Positions 26,688-39,009 of a DNA stretch of 64,000 nt are shown one piece after another. This DNA comes from Camelus ferus (Eukaryota). The stretch is taken from positions 18,540,001-18,604,000 of the forward strand of contig NC_045696.1 in NCBI RefSeq assembly GCF_009834535.1, written 5' to 3'. The first letter of the stretch is position 1. Each line of letters begins with the position of its first letter. The notes under the pieces are model-generated. The model was not told the DNA's origin, ran no database searches, and saw only the letters and a list, made by a program, of their open reading frames with translations. The position numbers and the translations under genes are program-made.

Positions 26688-29600
26688 AAACAGTAATATT
26701 TTGAATCTTCCTTAACTTTACTTGCTTTGGATACTGTTGGTCCAGATTTTTTTCCAATTGATGTTACTCTTACTCTATGTGACAATACAAGCCAGACTGC
26801 ATTTGTTGAGATGGTCTCAAGTGTGTGTGGTTTTGTTTTATAGAAATGGAACAAAATGGACTGGTGTAGGGGTTGGTGGGGATTGTTACTGAATATATGT
26901 TTAGGAAATTAAAAACACTTTGAGATAATAGTAGCAAATCACAACAGTTGCTCATTACTTTTGCGTTTGGTACCTAATTTCCTTGTGTATTCCTTTTTAA
27001 ATTTCATCCTCATATTTATTTTTCTCTTCTCAGCCTAATTCTGGTTACCAAAACACAACATGGGACTGGAAATTGGCTCAGTAATTTGGGAGTTTAGTCT
27101 TCCCCCTATGCCGAGTTTGATCAATTACTTTTCTTGTATATGGATGGGTGATTTGAAATAGATTTTTTTTGTTGTTATCCTCTCTATGATTTCTCCAATG
27201 ATCCTTCAACTGTAAGAATATAGCCAGGATGTTGTATTTCTTTGATTCAAGAAGTGTTTATGCAACAGAAAGCAAAAGAGAGTTTGAAGTCAGTGGCTCT
27301 ACGTGATTAATATTAATTCAATTAAATAAAAAATATATGTAAATTTGAAGATGTTTTAACTGGTGTCTTACACAAAGAGATGAAAAAGGAGAGAGCCTAT
27401 ATGAGTAGCAACAGTGATAGAATAGATTCTTATGGTCTTAGGAGCTGGTATCATTCAGAGTTTCCTCAATGAGTTAAGAAAATTGATTAGGAACTCCAGA
27501 GCTGCGTCCTTTGAGGGCGACTGGAGCATGGGAGAGAAACTTGTCTGCAAATCTACAGCAGATAATACGGCTTCCTAGAGAGTTTGCAATACACACACAG
27601 AATTGAAGGAAAAACTGAGATATGCAGTCATATGTACTAGCTGTGTCCTCAGTTGTCAATAACCAATTGGAAGCATAAGATAGCAGAAAATCTGGTGTTC
27701 TATGGCACCTAAAATGTCTTCTTATTTCCTTGTTCAACTTTTTTTCCTATTCTCTGGTACTTAATGGTTTTAATTCTGAATTCTAGGCAGCCTAAAATCC
27801 CCACCACAATGAAGTTTTGTCTCCTAGTTGAAGAATTGTTCTGCTTTCTTTTTCTTTAAAAAAAAAATCACAATTCTTGAGTAAGGCTTCAGCTCTTTCC
27901 TTCAGTTACAGCAAGATGGACTATCAGGCTCTTATTAGATGAGCTGTCAAGAATATTGAGCCCATACTGTGCAAGTAAATCTCAAGTACCAAAATGACAA
28001 AGATTGCTCTTCACAATTCACAGATTCAGGAATTTTAAGCACAAATTATAGAATGAAAACCATAGTTACCTAAGAAACACAAATTAGGGCATTTGATTTT
28101 GGAAAATGACAGTTGTATGTTGAAATGGGAAAATATATTAGATAATTTTTATAACATTAACAATTTCTTTCTAATAAAATTGTAATTATTTCTAAATAAT
28201 ATGCAATTTACTCCAGATTCTGTACCCCAACAAAGTATTTGGATTTTTTTGGAAAATGGGTTTAAATGATTCTTCTTTAACTCAACCTTAAGTAATTTTC
28301 TTTTGACCATATTTGTAAAAAATAAACTCCAATTAATAACGGAGAGTTCCTAGAAAGTAATATCTGCCCTTAGCCATACTGTAAATATCAAAGTCTCTAA
28401 TGGATTTGTAAAAGGTTATTCCAGTCATTTTGTTGAAGTTGTTTATAAATAAAATTAATGATGAGAATAAATTGAATTTTAGCATTACCATGAACAACAG
28501 AGTATAACTTTCACCATTGCAGCAGAAACAAATCCACAGTCAACATATGAAAAGTCAGGTTACCAGAGTAAAGCTTGCCACTGTGGTCTCCAAGTCTAGA
28601 AACTGAACTCAATGGAAATAAACGCTGTAATCAGCCACTCCATAAGCATATTACATTTATGGAGTTCCAGCCTAACTGCATTTAAAGCAGGCAATCCAAA
28701 CATGTTCTCAGTGGATAAAGATAAGCCCCGAAGAGCTACTCTTTAAACTGTATATTTTCCCACAGAAACTAGACTTCAAAGATATTCTGAAAAACCCATA
28801 AAGTTTCAAACTTCAGTGCCCACAAACTTCTCACTTGGTTCCCATTGACATCAATCAGAATTCTATGTGCATGGACCGAGGGCAAAGCATAACCTTTTAT
28901 ATGGCTGACAATATGTTTGAAATGACTACAAAAATGTCTGACTCTTCAAACACTGTGCTGACTTTACACTTCGAAAGGACACTAAGTTTAAAGAACTCAA
29001 CAAATGTCTAAATATGCTGAGTTTTATGAGTTTAATTTCAAATTTTAAGAACTTCAAGGGAATTTTCTTTATAATTTGAAGGTCAGAATTAGATTTCACT
29101 GAAATGAAAACATCAAAAACGTTGAAGTAATTTATGGTGGCTTCTAAATATCTTTTTGAGTCATTTCTTCTCATGCAAAGTATTGATTTATTAAATATCT
29201 AATAATAGCAAAAGGAAATTGCTGCCTAGTCATCTGGGAAACCAAACACACCAAATAAAACTTCAGTGATAATTAAAAATTGTAAAGACAAGAACAGAAA
29301 AATCACATACAAAATAGGAGATATTTACAAAATAAATATAGCATTTTAAGTACCATTGGCTAATCAGATTTGTACATAAGCTTCATGAAGCTTGAGTGCA
29401 TTTGGTTCCCTGTGTTATAGGTCCCTGTTCATTCATCAGTTGTTATAAACCTCGCAGGTGAGGCACTGTCTTCTATAAGACATTTTTAGTGCTCTTCCTG
29501 TGTGCTGAACTATGTGGAATTCTTTTTCTGTGTCTAGGTATAAGGATTGAAGAATTCGTTTTTAAGCATCTTTCGCATTGTCTCAATCAATGGAATTCCA

Positions 29601-30612
29601 TATTCAATGCTTTATGTTGGCTCACAGGATTTCTCATCGCCAAAACTCACTATTCAAATGCAAATATTACTTGGAAACCTGTAGTATTAAGTTGCTACCA
29701 GCCAACTCATTAATGATATTAAGAAGGTCAAAATGAAAAATGAAAATTATCTGAAACTGATGTCCTTTCAAATATAATATAATATAAGGATAGGAGGTTT
29801 AGAAAACTTGAGAAGTAGATAAGAGAGAGGAGAAATGGAAACAAAAGATCAGATCTCCAAATCTGATCTTAAGCTGCTTTCCTATTTCTTATCCTATTAA
29901 TCAAATTAAAAATTGACCCTACAGGATTAACATGGGGTCTTGTGTTAGTTACAGTTTTCTTACTGAGAAATCAAACTGCACAATATGTTGGTTTTTTATG
30001 TTGGGTTGGATTCCATTAACAACTCAACGAAGGATTTAGGAAACATGTTAACTAGTGAAACCTAGAGGAACGTTCTATTTTTGTGAAAAGGGTTATCAGG
30101 AAATCTTTGTTTACTACAAGAATTACTTAAATAAAGACTTCTTCAGTGGACAGTTATTCCAGGAGTCAGGAAATAAAATAATTTATTTCAGGAGCAATAG
30201 AAGATTACTTAACAATAAGTATAGCACGGTCACTGTGGTCTGAAAAGATGCATGATCCCAGGTATGAAGCTAAAGTAGCCTCTGGAATCACTGTTACGCA
30301 AGGTTTTTAACTCTTTTAGTAACTGAAATTTGGGAGGTCCTGCAAGGGGGGCTTAGCAGCTGGGTTAGCAGAGGATTTGAGGGAAGATGGATGAAGCAAT
30401 TATTTGCCAACAGTACTGAAGTGCTTCAATTTTTCACAAACTGGTTTCATCTTTATTGTACACTATGGTGAATATCAAGGCTCCATCACACATTTAACAC
30501 TTTTACTTGACATAAAAATTCTCCCTACAAGTGCAAGCATGTATAATCAAAGATATATTTTGTTCTTAGCCATCTGTTCTCACACTACAACTCAGGTCAG
30601 CGATGTGCTACT

Positions 30613-30722
30613 GTACATGGTATGGACTGAAGGCTTGTAACCCTCTAAAATTCATATGTGATGGTATTTACATATGGAGTCTTTGGAAGGCAATTAGGTG
30701 ATGAGGGTGGAGCCCTAAGGGA
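30613..30722 (+). mobile_element. MaLR LTR 5' fragment (MLT1A-like)
   Basis: tggtatggactgaa...aaaattcatatgtgatggtatt...ttaggtgatgagggtggagccct. Confidence 0.75.
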
Positions 30723-31009
30723 GAACGTCTGCAGTTTTTATGGGCCAAGGTTGATGCCGAACAGAGAATAGGGCTCAGAGAAGCTTGCCTGGGGTTTGAC
30801 AGGGAGAGAGGCTTAGACAAACTAGGTTTTTAATATGTTCCTTTGTGTTCTGTAGTACATTCAGATTTCTATGAATAAATGAATGATCACAAAGTGCTTC
30901 AAAACTGTGTACTGTGAATTTCAAAATAATAAATCAGATTCAAATATAATTGTATCTTGTCTTTATAACAGTTATGACATTCTGGAACAGATATTGTTTT
31001 ACAAAGCAC

Positions 31010-31482
31010 AGCCTTAGTTTAGATTTCCTCAAAGGCAGACTCTGAGACAAATGGCAAATTTGCAAGAAACTCCTAGTAAATATAGATCTGATAGGGAAGC
31101 GGAGAAGTGAGATGGGGGAAGAAGGAAGCTGACAGAGGAGGCACTTGTGAACACATCTCCCCAAGGGAGTACTGGGACTTAGTCTGCTGAGAACTTGCTG
31201 AATACCGAGAGAGTGTACCTTAAAATTGAGGCTCCTGGGTGGAGGATGCTGGGGTTTTTATTTACCAGCTATTTCTCCTCATTAATGTAGATCACGCTGT
31301 GGTCATTGCCTCTCTGGTACTTTCAGCCCACCCAGTATAAAGACCAAAGAAATTGCCTGTGGCCAAAGATGCACTTAGGTTGAGAGATAGATATGAGTCT
31401 ATTCGTGCGTGGAAAATATTTTCAGGAGACTCCCAGGATTTGGTTAAGTGTATATGCACTGGGTACTGACAACATCTTCTCT
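31010..31482 (-). mobile_element. ERVL solo LTR (LTR16-like)
   Basis: ttagatttcctcaaaggcagactctgagacaa...gaagtgagatggggaagaagg...gggtactgacaacatc. Confidence 0.7.
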
Positions 31483-33075
31483 GAGTACATAAAGTTAGAA
31501 CTATTCTGAAGTGTCCATATTTAATTAGTATTATACGTAAAACACCATTTTCACCATGCGAATTTTGTAATAAATAAAGGAGATACAATGGTCAGAAGAT
31601 GATTAGACTTATGTGCTAATTTAGGACAGGTGAAGGATGATTTACTAACTGATCTTACACTTCTTTTTTCTTCTACTGGCCTCAGACAAACAAAATAGGA
31701 CATACAGAAAATAAGAAGTCTTTTAAGTCAACCAGAGAGGCTTACTATATTTTGATATACTCTCCTTAAATAAAATTCTTAGGTACTCAGAACTAATAAT
31801 GCATCTGGAAAGAAGAATGAAATGTTGAAATTGATGAATGCAATTAGGTGATGATTATTAGAACAAAAGCTGGCGTTACTGTGTCGTGTTACCAGGCAGC
31901 AAGAACCAGATAATGCCAGTATGAAAATAGACCCATTAACCTTTAGAATCTATTTAAGTAGAGGCTGTATCTGTAAATGAGTTGAAATGGGAACAAACAC
32001 AAAGCAATTAGATGTCAATACATTTATTAATGTCAAAATATCATTGCTGGTTTTGTCCTTGTTTATTTTTATGAATTCTTTTATGTGCATTCCTGTCCAT
32101 CATCCTGAATAGCTTTATAGTAAGGCAATCAGTATGGAAAACTTAATCTTGTTCTTATGCCAACTTTTTAAAAATGCTTTTTTTTATGACATACAGTAAT
32201 TGCATTCTCAATTTAATTCTGTGCAATTGCTTACTACAGGGTTCATTCAGTACCATAAATATCTGGTTAATTTCTTGACTCATTTTTAAAGAAAGCTGTT
32301 TATCCACATGATGGATTTCACTTAAGATTTTTCTTTTTTTTCCCTCGAGAATGATATTTAAATCACACACTATGGTCATAATATTTGAAAATATATGTAA
32401 AAGTTAGGTATTACTATAAAATACTATCCCTTATATTAAATATAAACCTCTTATAGGCTTTAAAACTGACTCTGCTTTATAATAAAACCTATATATAAAG
32501 AGTTTTGCTCTAGAAAAAACGCAAGTCACTGGATATTTGGAAGTATTTCATTGTAATGTATTATATATTAATATTTTTTTAAGTTAGATTAACAAGATAA
32601 ATATTTAAAACATATGATAACATAGAACAAGTTTCTTATCTCTTACATAGTGCAGAGTTCATGCTTGATTGATACTCAAAAATTATTTTAGATATAAAAC
32701 ATATTCTAAATATCTGTATTAAGTTCAGATTGAAAGGTAATATTTGATTATAATTTTTTTTCTAAATTTGATTTAGAGCTATCAAGTGATAATTGATGCC
32801 ATGTAAAATTGGCCTTTATATTCAAATAATGACATCACATTATTAAGTAAATAAAATTAAAAAAAAATTGAAAACCATTTAAGAATGCTGACATTTTAAG
32901 TGTGTGTGTTGTGTGTTTAAAGAAAGTTTTACTTCTTCCTTTCCAATTTGGTTGCCTTATTTTTTTTCTTCTACTTTTTTTTTTTTTTTTTTTTACTGGC
33001 TAGAATCTCCAGTACAGCTTTGAGAAGTGATGAGAGTGGCCATCCTTATCTTCCTCCTGATCTTACCAGTAATAC

Positions 33076-33497
33076 TGTTGTTTAGAAATTTCTGGACTTC
33101 CCTGGTGAAATTTGAAATTGGCCCCTGTACATAGAGAGCAAGGAGAGACCAAAGAAAGAGACAGACCACTCCAGATTGGTAAGTGTCAGATTTAATAAGC
33201 AAGACTCACATATGAGTCTTGTTTTGGGTAGCTGCAAGATAAGTAGATCTCTGCACCTGCTCCCAGAATCTTAAATGTTTATATAGAGACCATAACCGCG
33301 TTTAGTAGCATGTAACTGTCTCGATGGCCTCAGCACAACGTTGTTCTCTCCAGGTTGTGGCTTTGAAATGGCTGTAACTATGGGAACAGTGGGCAGAAGA
33401 TACTTTATAAGGACAGGGGAGGGGTGAGGTGCCTAAACTGCTTGTGTCCAGTTCCTGGGTTAACCATGGTCAAGTTTTCTCCATGTCCTCCTTCACA
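33076..33497 (-). mobile_element. Solo ERV LTR, paralog of 7689-8093
   Basis: TG...CA termini. It interrupts contiguous L1 sequence and shares ggtgaaat-tgaaa-tgg, actccagattgg, agatctc-gcacc-gc and taaggacag with the 7689 copy. Confidence 0.85.
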
Positions 33498-34082
33498 AAC
33501 CTTTAATTCTTTCACCGTTAACTATTTGTCAGCCATTGAGCCATGATAGATGCTCTACCATGTTGAGGAAGTCCATTCTATTCCTAATTGCTAAAACATT
33601 TTATACTGAATTGATGTTGGATTTTGCCAAATGCCTTGTTTGAATTTTCAAATAATCACTTTTTTCTCACTTGTTAATTTGATAAATTATGGAGATTGAT
33701 TTTGTACTCAGCCTTGCATTCCTTGGATAAACTCCACTTGAACATGATGCATTATCACTTTTACGTTGAAATCAATTTGCTAAAATGTTCAGAATCTCTG
33801 CATCTATTTTCATCCGGGATATTACTCTGTAACTTTTTTAATTTTTGTTTTTTGTAATCTTATTATCTAGTTTTAGTATCAGGATAGTAGTGACCTCATG
33901 GAATGAGTTGGGAAATATTTCACCTTTCTAAAATTTTCTAGAGGAGTGCGTGTAGGGTTGGTACCACTCTACCTTAGATGTTTCATAAAATTCACTACTG
34001 CCCTCGTGCAAAAATCTGGGCCTATAGGTTTCCTTGTGAGAAGGATTTTAACCACAAATTTAATATATTTTATAAATATACT

Positions 34083-34455
34083 TGTCAGCCATGGGAGGCT
34101 GAAGAGGGATTTGAGGAGGTGAGCTGCCCAACTGGAAGAAGGTGTGAGAAACCGACATGGGGCAAAACAGCACTTTATTACAATGCAAGCCAGTGGCGCA
34201 GACGGCGGGCAGCACTCAGGTGTATGCTTTTGTCCTTTTCTAATGCTAGTGGCGCATGCGTAGTGTTCGTAATGCTGACTCACGCTATTGCGCATGCGTG
34301 GTGTTCATAATGCCGACTCACGCTACTGGCGCATGCGTGGTGTTCATAATGCTGACTCACGCTACTAGCGCATGCCTACATTTACCTCTTACCAGGTGCA
34401 AGCTATTGTGAACTTTGGCCTGGGCCTCACGCCTACTCACTTAAGACTGCCGACA
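34083..34455 (-). mobile_element. Young 373-bp solo LTR with tandem enhancer repeats
   Basis: Termini TGTCAGC...GCCGACA, 5-bp TSD ATACT/ATATT (one mismatch), AATAAA on the - strand at 34174-34179, CpG-rich. Confidence 0.85.
34245..34375. repeat. Tandem repeat, 3.4 copies of a 38-39 bp unit
   Basis: Units start at 34245, 34284, 34322 and 34361; consensus GCTACTGGCGCATGCGTGGTGTTCATAATGCTGACTCAC. Confidence 0.95.
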
Positions 34456-34865
34456 ATATTCCTAGTCACCTTACGTATTTCTTCTTGAGGCAGCATCTCT
34501 AGTTTGTATTTTTCAAGGGATTTGTTTCTGATGTACAAGCTGTCAAATTCATTGGCAAAGCTTTTTTTTTTTTTTTTTTTTTTTTTATTATAATACTCCC
34601 TTTGTTGTCTTTTTATCATCTGTATACTCTCTAATGAAAACACCTCTCACTTCTGATGTTGGCCGTTTCCCCTGTCTCTCCTCTTTATCTTTCTTTTTTC
34701 TTTCCTCCCATCAGCCTAGCTAGTTTATCAACTTGAGTGATCTTTTCAAAGAATCGGCTTTTGGTTTCACTTATGTTGCTATTGTTTTTCTGGTTTCTGT
34801 TATTTGATTTCCACTTTGATCTTTATTACTTTCTTTCACTTACTTGGAGTTTAATGTCCTGTTTT

Positions 34866-35515
34866 TGCTGGGAGCTTTGCTAGAGTTGGGGAGTGCTGAG
34901 CTGCAAGGTGCCAGAGTAGCGAACTAAAACCAGTCAAAATGCAAGTTGCCGTCAGCATGAATTCACTTACTCCCGTCCTATGAGAGGCCAAAGGGCAGAA
35001 AGCCGGCAGAGAGCTCTGCTCCACACCAGGTCCTTCTTCCCCCATTGGCGTCCCAGCCCCCAGAGGAGGGGTGAGTGGATGGGCACACAGGTGGAGGTCA
35101 TCTCACTGCTGAGTGGCCTCCAAACAAAAGGCTGCTGCAATTTTATGGAAGTAGGGGTGGGGGAAGGAGATAGTGGAGGTATTTGGAGTGGAAAAGTTGT
35201 GAGTACGAAGTCAGAGTAAAATATCTTCCAAATTTCCCTCTCCTTCCCCTGTGAAGAGATCTCCCTCGGAGCTTCCTGAGGAAGGCCTCAGCAGAAAACT
35301 CCAGGTAAAGGGGCCTCTGAATGGAGACACCTGAGCTGGGAATTCAGCTCTCTGTAAGAGCACCGCCTACCAGCCAGGCCGACTGAGGCACCAAGACTGC
35401 TGTGGGGTGAGTAGATTTTTCCCGTAACTCAGGACTGTCAGGTAGGACTTTTGCAATTTTCTGTAGTGGGCCTGAAAAAAAAATCATATTTTGGTTTTTG
35501 ACAAAGAGCTGGACT
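34866..35515 (-). mobile_element. ERVL solo LTR (MER54/MER74/MER88-like)
   Basis: GC-rich insert in the L1; ggaggtcatctcactgctgag...aacaaaaggctgctgcaattttatgga matches the recalled MER54/74 group. Ends approximate. Confidence 0.7.
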
Positions 35516-37060
35516 TCTTGGTTTCTCCTTCCCCTATGTTTATTAGGTAGAAGCTGAAGGTAGAATTTATTTGCAACCTTTCTTCTTTCTTCTTTCTGAT
35601 ATGGCCATTTATTGTTATGAATTCCTCCCAATTACTGCCTTAGGAGCCCTCCCCAAATATCAATATATTGTGTTTACATTTTTTATTCATACAAAATCCT
35701 CTCATTTTCCATTTAAATTATTCCTTGAACACAGATATTTCTTCCTTGTTCTGATTTTTAGTTTAATTCCATGTGGACAGAGAACATGCTTTGAATGACT
35801 TGAGTAATGTTATATTTATGAGACTTGTGTTATGACTCAGAATATGGTCTGTCTTGGTAAATGTTCTGTATATATTTGAAACAAATCTGTAGTCAACTGT
35901 TGTTAGTTGCATGTTCTGTAACAGTGTTAATTAGGTCCAGCTGGTTGATATTTGTGGTCTCATTTTCTATAACCTTGCTGGTTTTTAATCTACATGTGCT
36001 ATCAATTGTTGAAGGTAAGTAATAAAATCAACTATTTTCTGTGGATTTATCTATTTCTCAGGGCAGTTCTATCACGTTTTGTTTCTTGCTTTATGAAACT
36101 GTTATTAAAGGATGTAAACATTTAATTACTCATAAATTGACTGCTTCTGTGGGTGCTATTTTAAATTGTATTTAAATAGCTTATTTTAAAAAATTTAAAT
36201 GATAATTAAAAATATCTGAAGAAAGCAAGGCTGAAGATTATTCAATGCTTGAACACAGTGTTCTTTTTTTTTTTTTTTTGGTCTTGAAGCGGAGTGTCCT
36301 TTGTATTGAATAATTTTTCTTAATTTTAAGAAAATTCTCTTATGAGATTATTGAAAGCATGTGTTTCTAATAGTTTGCTGTTTTATCTTGGGTTAATTTG
36401 ATTTCCATGTTTGCTTAAGTGAGTTGCTTCAAAGTCCTTGAAATTCTTTTTGCTTTTCCTGTGATTATCATCATCCTTTCTGGTAGATCTGCATTGTGAC
36501 ATTCGGTGGTGGTTTTGTCTTCATTGTGGTTTCAAATTCATTAATTACTTTTCTAAATACATTGTTTTAAAACACTGGTCTATAGTTTTACTTTCATCTC
36601 ATTATTTTGTGTATTTACCATTATGGTTTTGTCTTACATATTCATGCTTTTGTTTTGTTTTTCAAGAACTAAGACCCCCTTGAAAAAATTTCCTTCTTTG
36701 CATTTACTTCTACGTTTGACTTTTTTAAAACAATGAATGTTATTTTTCTTTTATTTTGCTCACATGTGATGGTTTTTGTTAACATTCTATCAGATACTGA
36801 TTTGCTTCCTTTTCTAGTTATTTTAATTCACTGGGTTTTGTCTCAAAGCTATTCTCAGTATTTATCAATGAAAGAAAACCAGCCTGTTTTATTGTCACAA
36901 AATCTGGGGACATTACCAAGAATTCTCAGGATCTTGTCACTCTGCCTGTCAAGTTTCTGGGGGTTAAGCAATGGTTGGGTGAAAAGCCTTTTCAATTATG
37001 TGCTTCTATTTGGATCAACCACTAACCTGTTCATTTGTTTGAACTTTTGAAGAACGTTAT

Positions 37061-37311
37061 AGATTTGACCCTAGAACATCTCAGGGGTTAGGAGTGCCAA
37101 CCCTCCGTGCAGTTGAAATTCATGCAGTTGAAAATTCAGGTATGACTTACAGTAGGCCCTTCATGTACACCATTCCCCACAGCCACTGTTCTGTATCCAT
37201 TGATTTGGCCAGTTGTGAATCATGCAGTACTGTAGTAAATACCACTGGGGTAAAAAACCACCTTTAAATGGACTCATGCAGCTCACATCCATGCTGTTGA
37301 AAGGTGGACTG
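37061..37311. mobile_element. Tigger2-derived MITE (Tigger2a-like)
   Basis: Decayed terminal repeats (ttgaccctagaaca ... tgttgaaaggtggactg) with internal ggggttaggagtgccaaccc and cagtactgtagta. Confidence 0.8.
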
Positions 37312-39009
37312 TTGAAGATTATGTCCCTTCATTTGTTGGTGATATTTTATCATTTCTTCATTTTTAGTTCACTCATAATTTTAGGTATCAGAGGAAAACA
37401 ATTCTTTGCAGTTTCATTCTGATATCCTATTCTTCTGATGCAGTTGTATGTATTTTAACTTTTAGAGAAAACTCGATTGAAAAAACAATGGAGATTGTTT
37501 TTCCATCAAAGTCAATATATAATTCATCTACCCTTGAACTCCGTATATGCACCTAAGATTAGGAAAAAAGCACAGGCTTTTAATACTGGAATAGTGGTCA
37601 ATGGAGGTGATCTTTACTATTGGAGGATTCCAACTTGTAACTATTGTTAGCTGAAAAAAATAGTATATTTAATTTGCATTGTGGATGGAAATAGAAAAAA
37701 ATTACCAGTATTGATTTAATTACTTGTGATATTAGAATAATAAATAATTGGAATATTATCCAAGTAGAATCTTACTTTATCAAAATGGGGTTAGAAAAAC
37801 TCTGCATTTCAAAACTTGAGTTTTAAACTAGTTGTAACTTTTTATGTTTTTCAGTAACCTAACATTGCCATGCACCATTGGCAATAGATTCAATATATAT
37901 AAAAGAATTGTAGTTAAGCTTTAATATCTGTGTATTAGCCTAAGTGAACAAAAAATTCATTTACACCAAAGATACATCTTTAGCTATTCATAAATCCAGG
38001 AATGAAGTGTATAAATTGTGACCCTGTTATTTTCTTGTCTTAACATACAGTGCATACAATGGTTCACTTACTGGTAAATTAGTATTTTTCTAATTATTAT
38101 AAACAAATGCACTATTACTTAGTTTACCTTCTAAAAGGGAAAAGATACTTTGCAACACACAAGTCTTCAATGTTTATTTTTATTACCATATAACTAATCT
38201 TTATTCACAAAATAATTTAAAATCAAGGAATATATGTGAAGTTTTTATCAGCCTGATTTATTTGTACTTTATTTTAAATGCCTAAAGTTTTGGATCAAAT
38301 AAAGAATATATTTAAGCAAAATGAAATTCTTACTTTCTCAGAGAAATCAAAAAGTTCTCATTTATTACATTGTCTTTTTACCATGGGAAAAATATAAGGA
38401 ACTCATCATGGATGTTTGATAAAATAATAACGTGGCAGGAGGCAGTGTTGATCTAGCCATGTGCTCAGTGGCTGTTATTTCTTCAGTGGGCGTTGAGACA
38501 TTGCCACCCTGGGGTATGAGGCTGCCATGGCTGGCTGCCTGTTTTCTACTGTAGCCAGGTGTAATTCCTGCTGCTTCTGAAGTCTCTGTTCTAGAGGCAT
38601 CAGTGTGACCCCGGGGAAGATCTCAGCTGGTAGGAGTAAACATTTTCCTTCACTTGTGTACCCAAGAGAGTGAAGTATTAATGTAGTTCTGGCTCCAAAA
38701 CAGAGTTACACTGATTGAAATTCACCCTTGATATTTACTCTCTAATTTACACAGAAGAGTTCATTAAATTTTAGGAAATAGGATGTGTTACGTTAAAAAG
38801 TAGAGAACTCTGAAGTTCAGAGTTTGGAAGGTCAAGTAAGAGAATTCAGGCACTCACATAAACAAAGAAAAATCATTCTCTACCTGGGTAGAAATCAACA
38901 AGAGATGTAAACCCAGGTACAGTGACCCAATCAATTAAATAACATGGTAATTTGATTGTGAAACATGATGGTATTAAATAAAAACTTAGTTAATTTAGAC
39001 CACATGCCA

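Larger units (their letters stand above)
32920..36125 (-). mobile_element. Old L1M ORF2 fragment hosting three LTR insertions
   Basis: Colinear L1 ORF2 antisense motifs (gagagtggccatccttatcttcctcctgatctta, ttgcattccttggataaactccacttg, agaatatggtctgtcttggtaaatgttc) resume after each insert. Confidence 0.88.

Noticed and set aside
29378..29393. Perfect 16-bp palindrome AAGCTTCATGAAGCTT
   Set aside because: One or two such palindromes are expected by chance in 64 kb of AT-rich DNA.
33969..34310. Overlapping 108-aa and 110-aa ORFs
   Set aside because: They span an L1/LTR junction and the GC-rich tandem repeat; a compositional by-product.
34245..34375. CRISPR-like array
   Set aside because: The units are contiguous near-identical tandem copies with no unique spacers. 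The context is mammalian, inside an LTR, with no cas genes.
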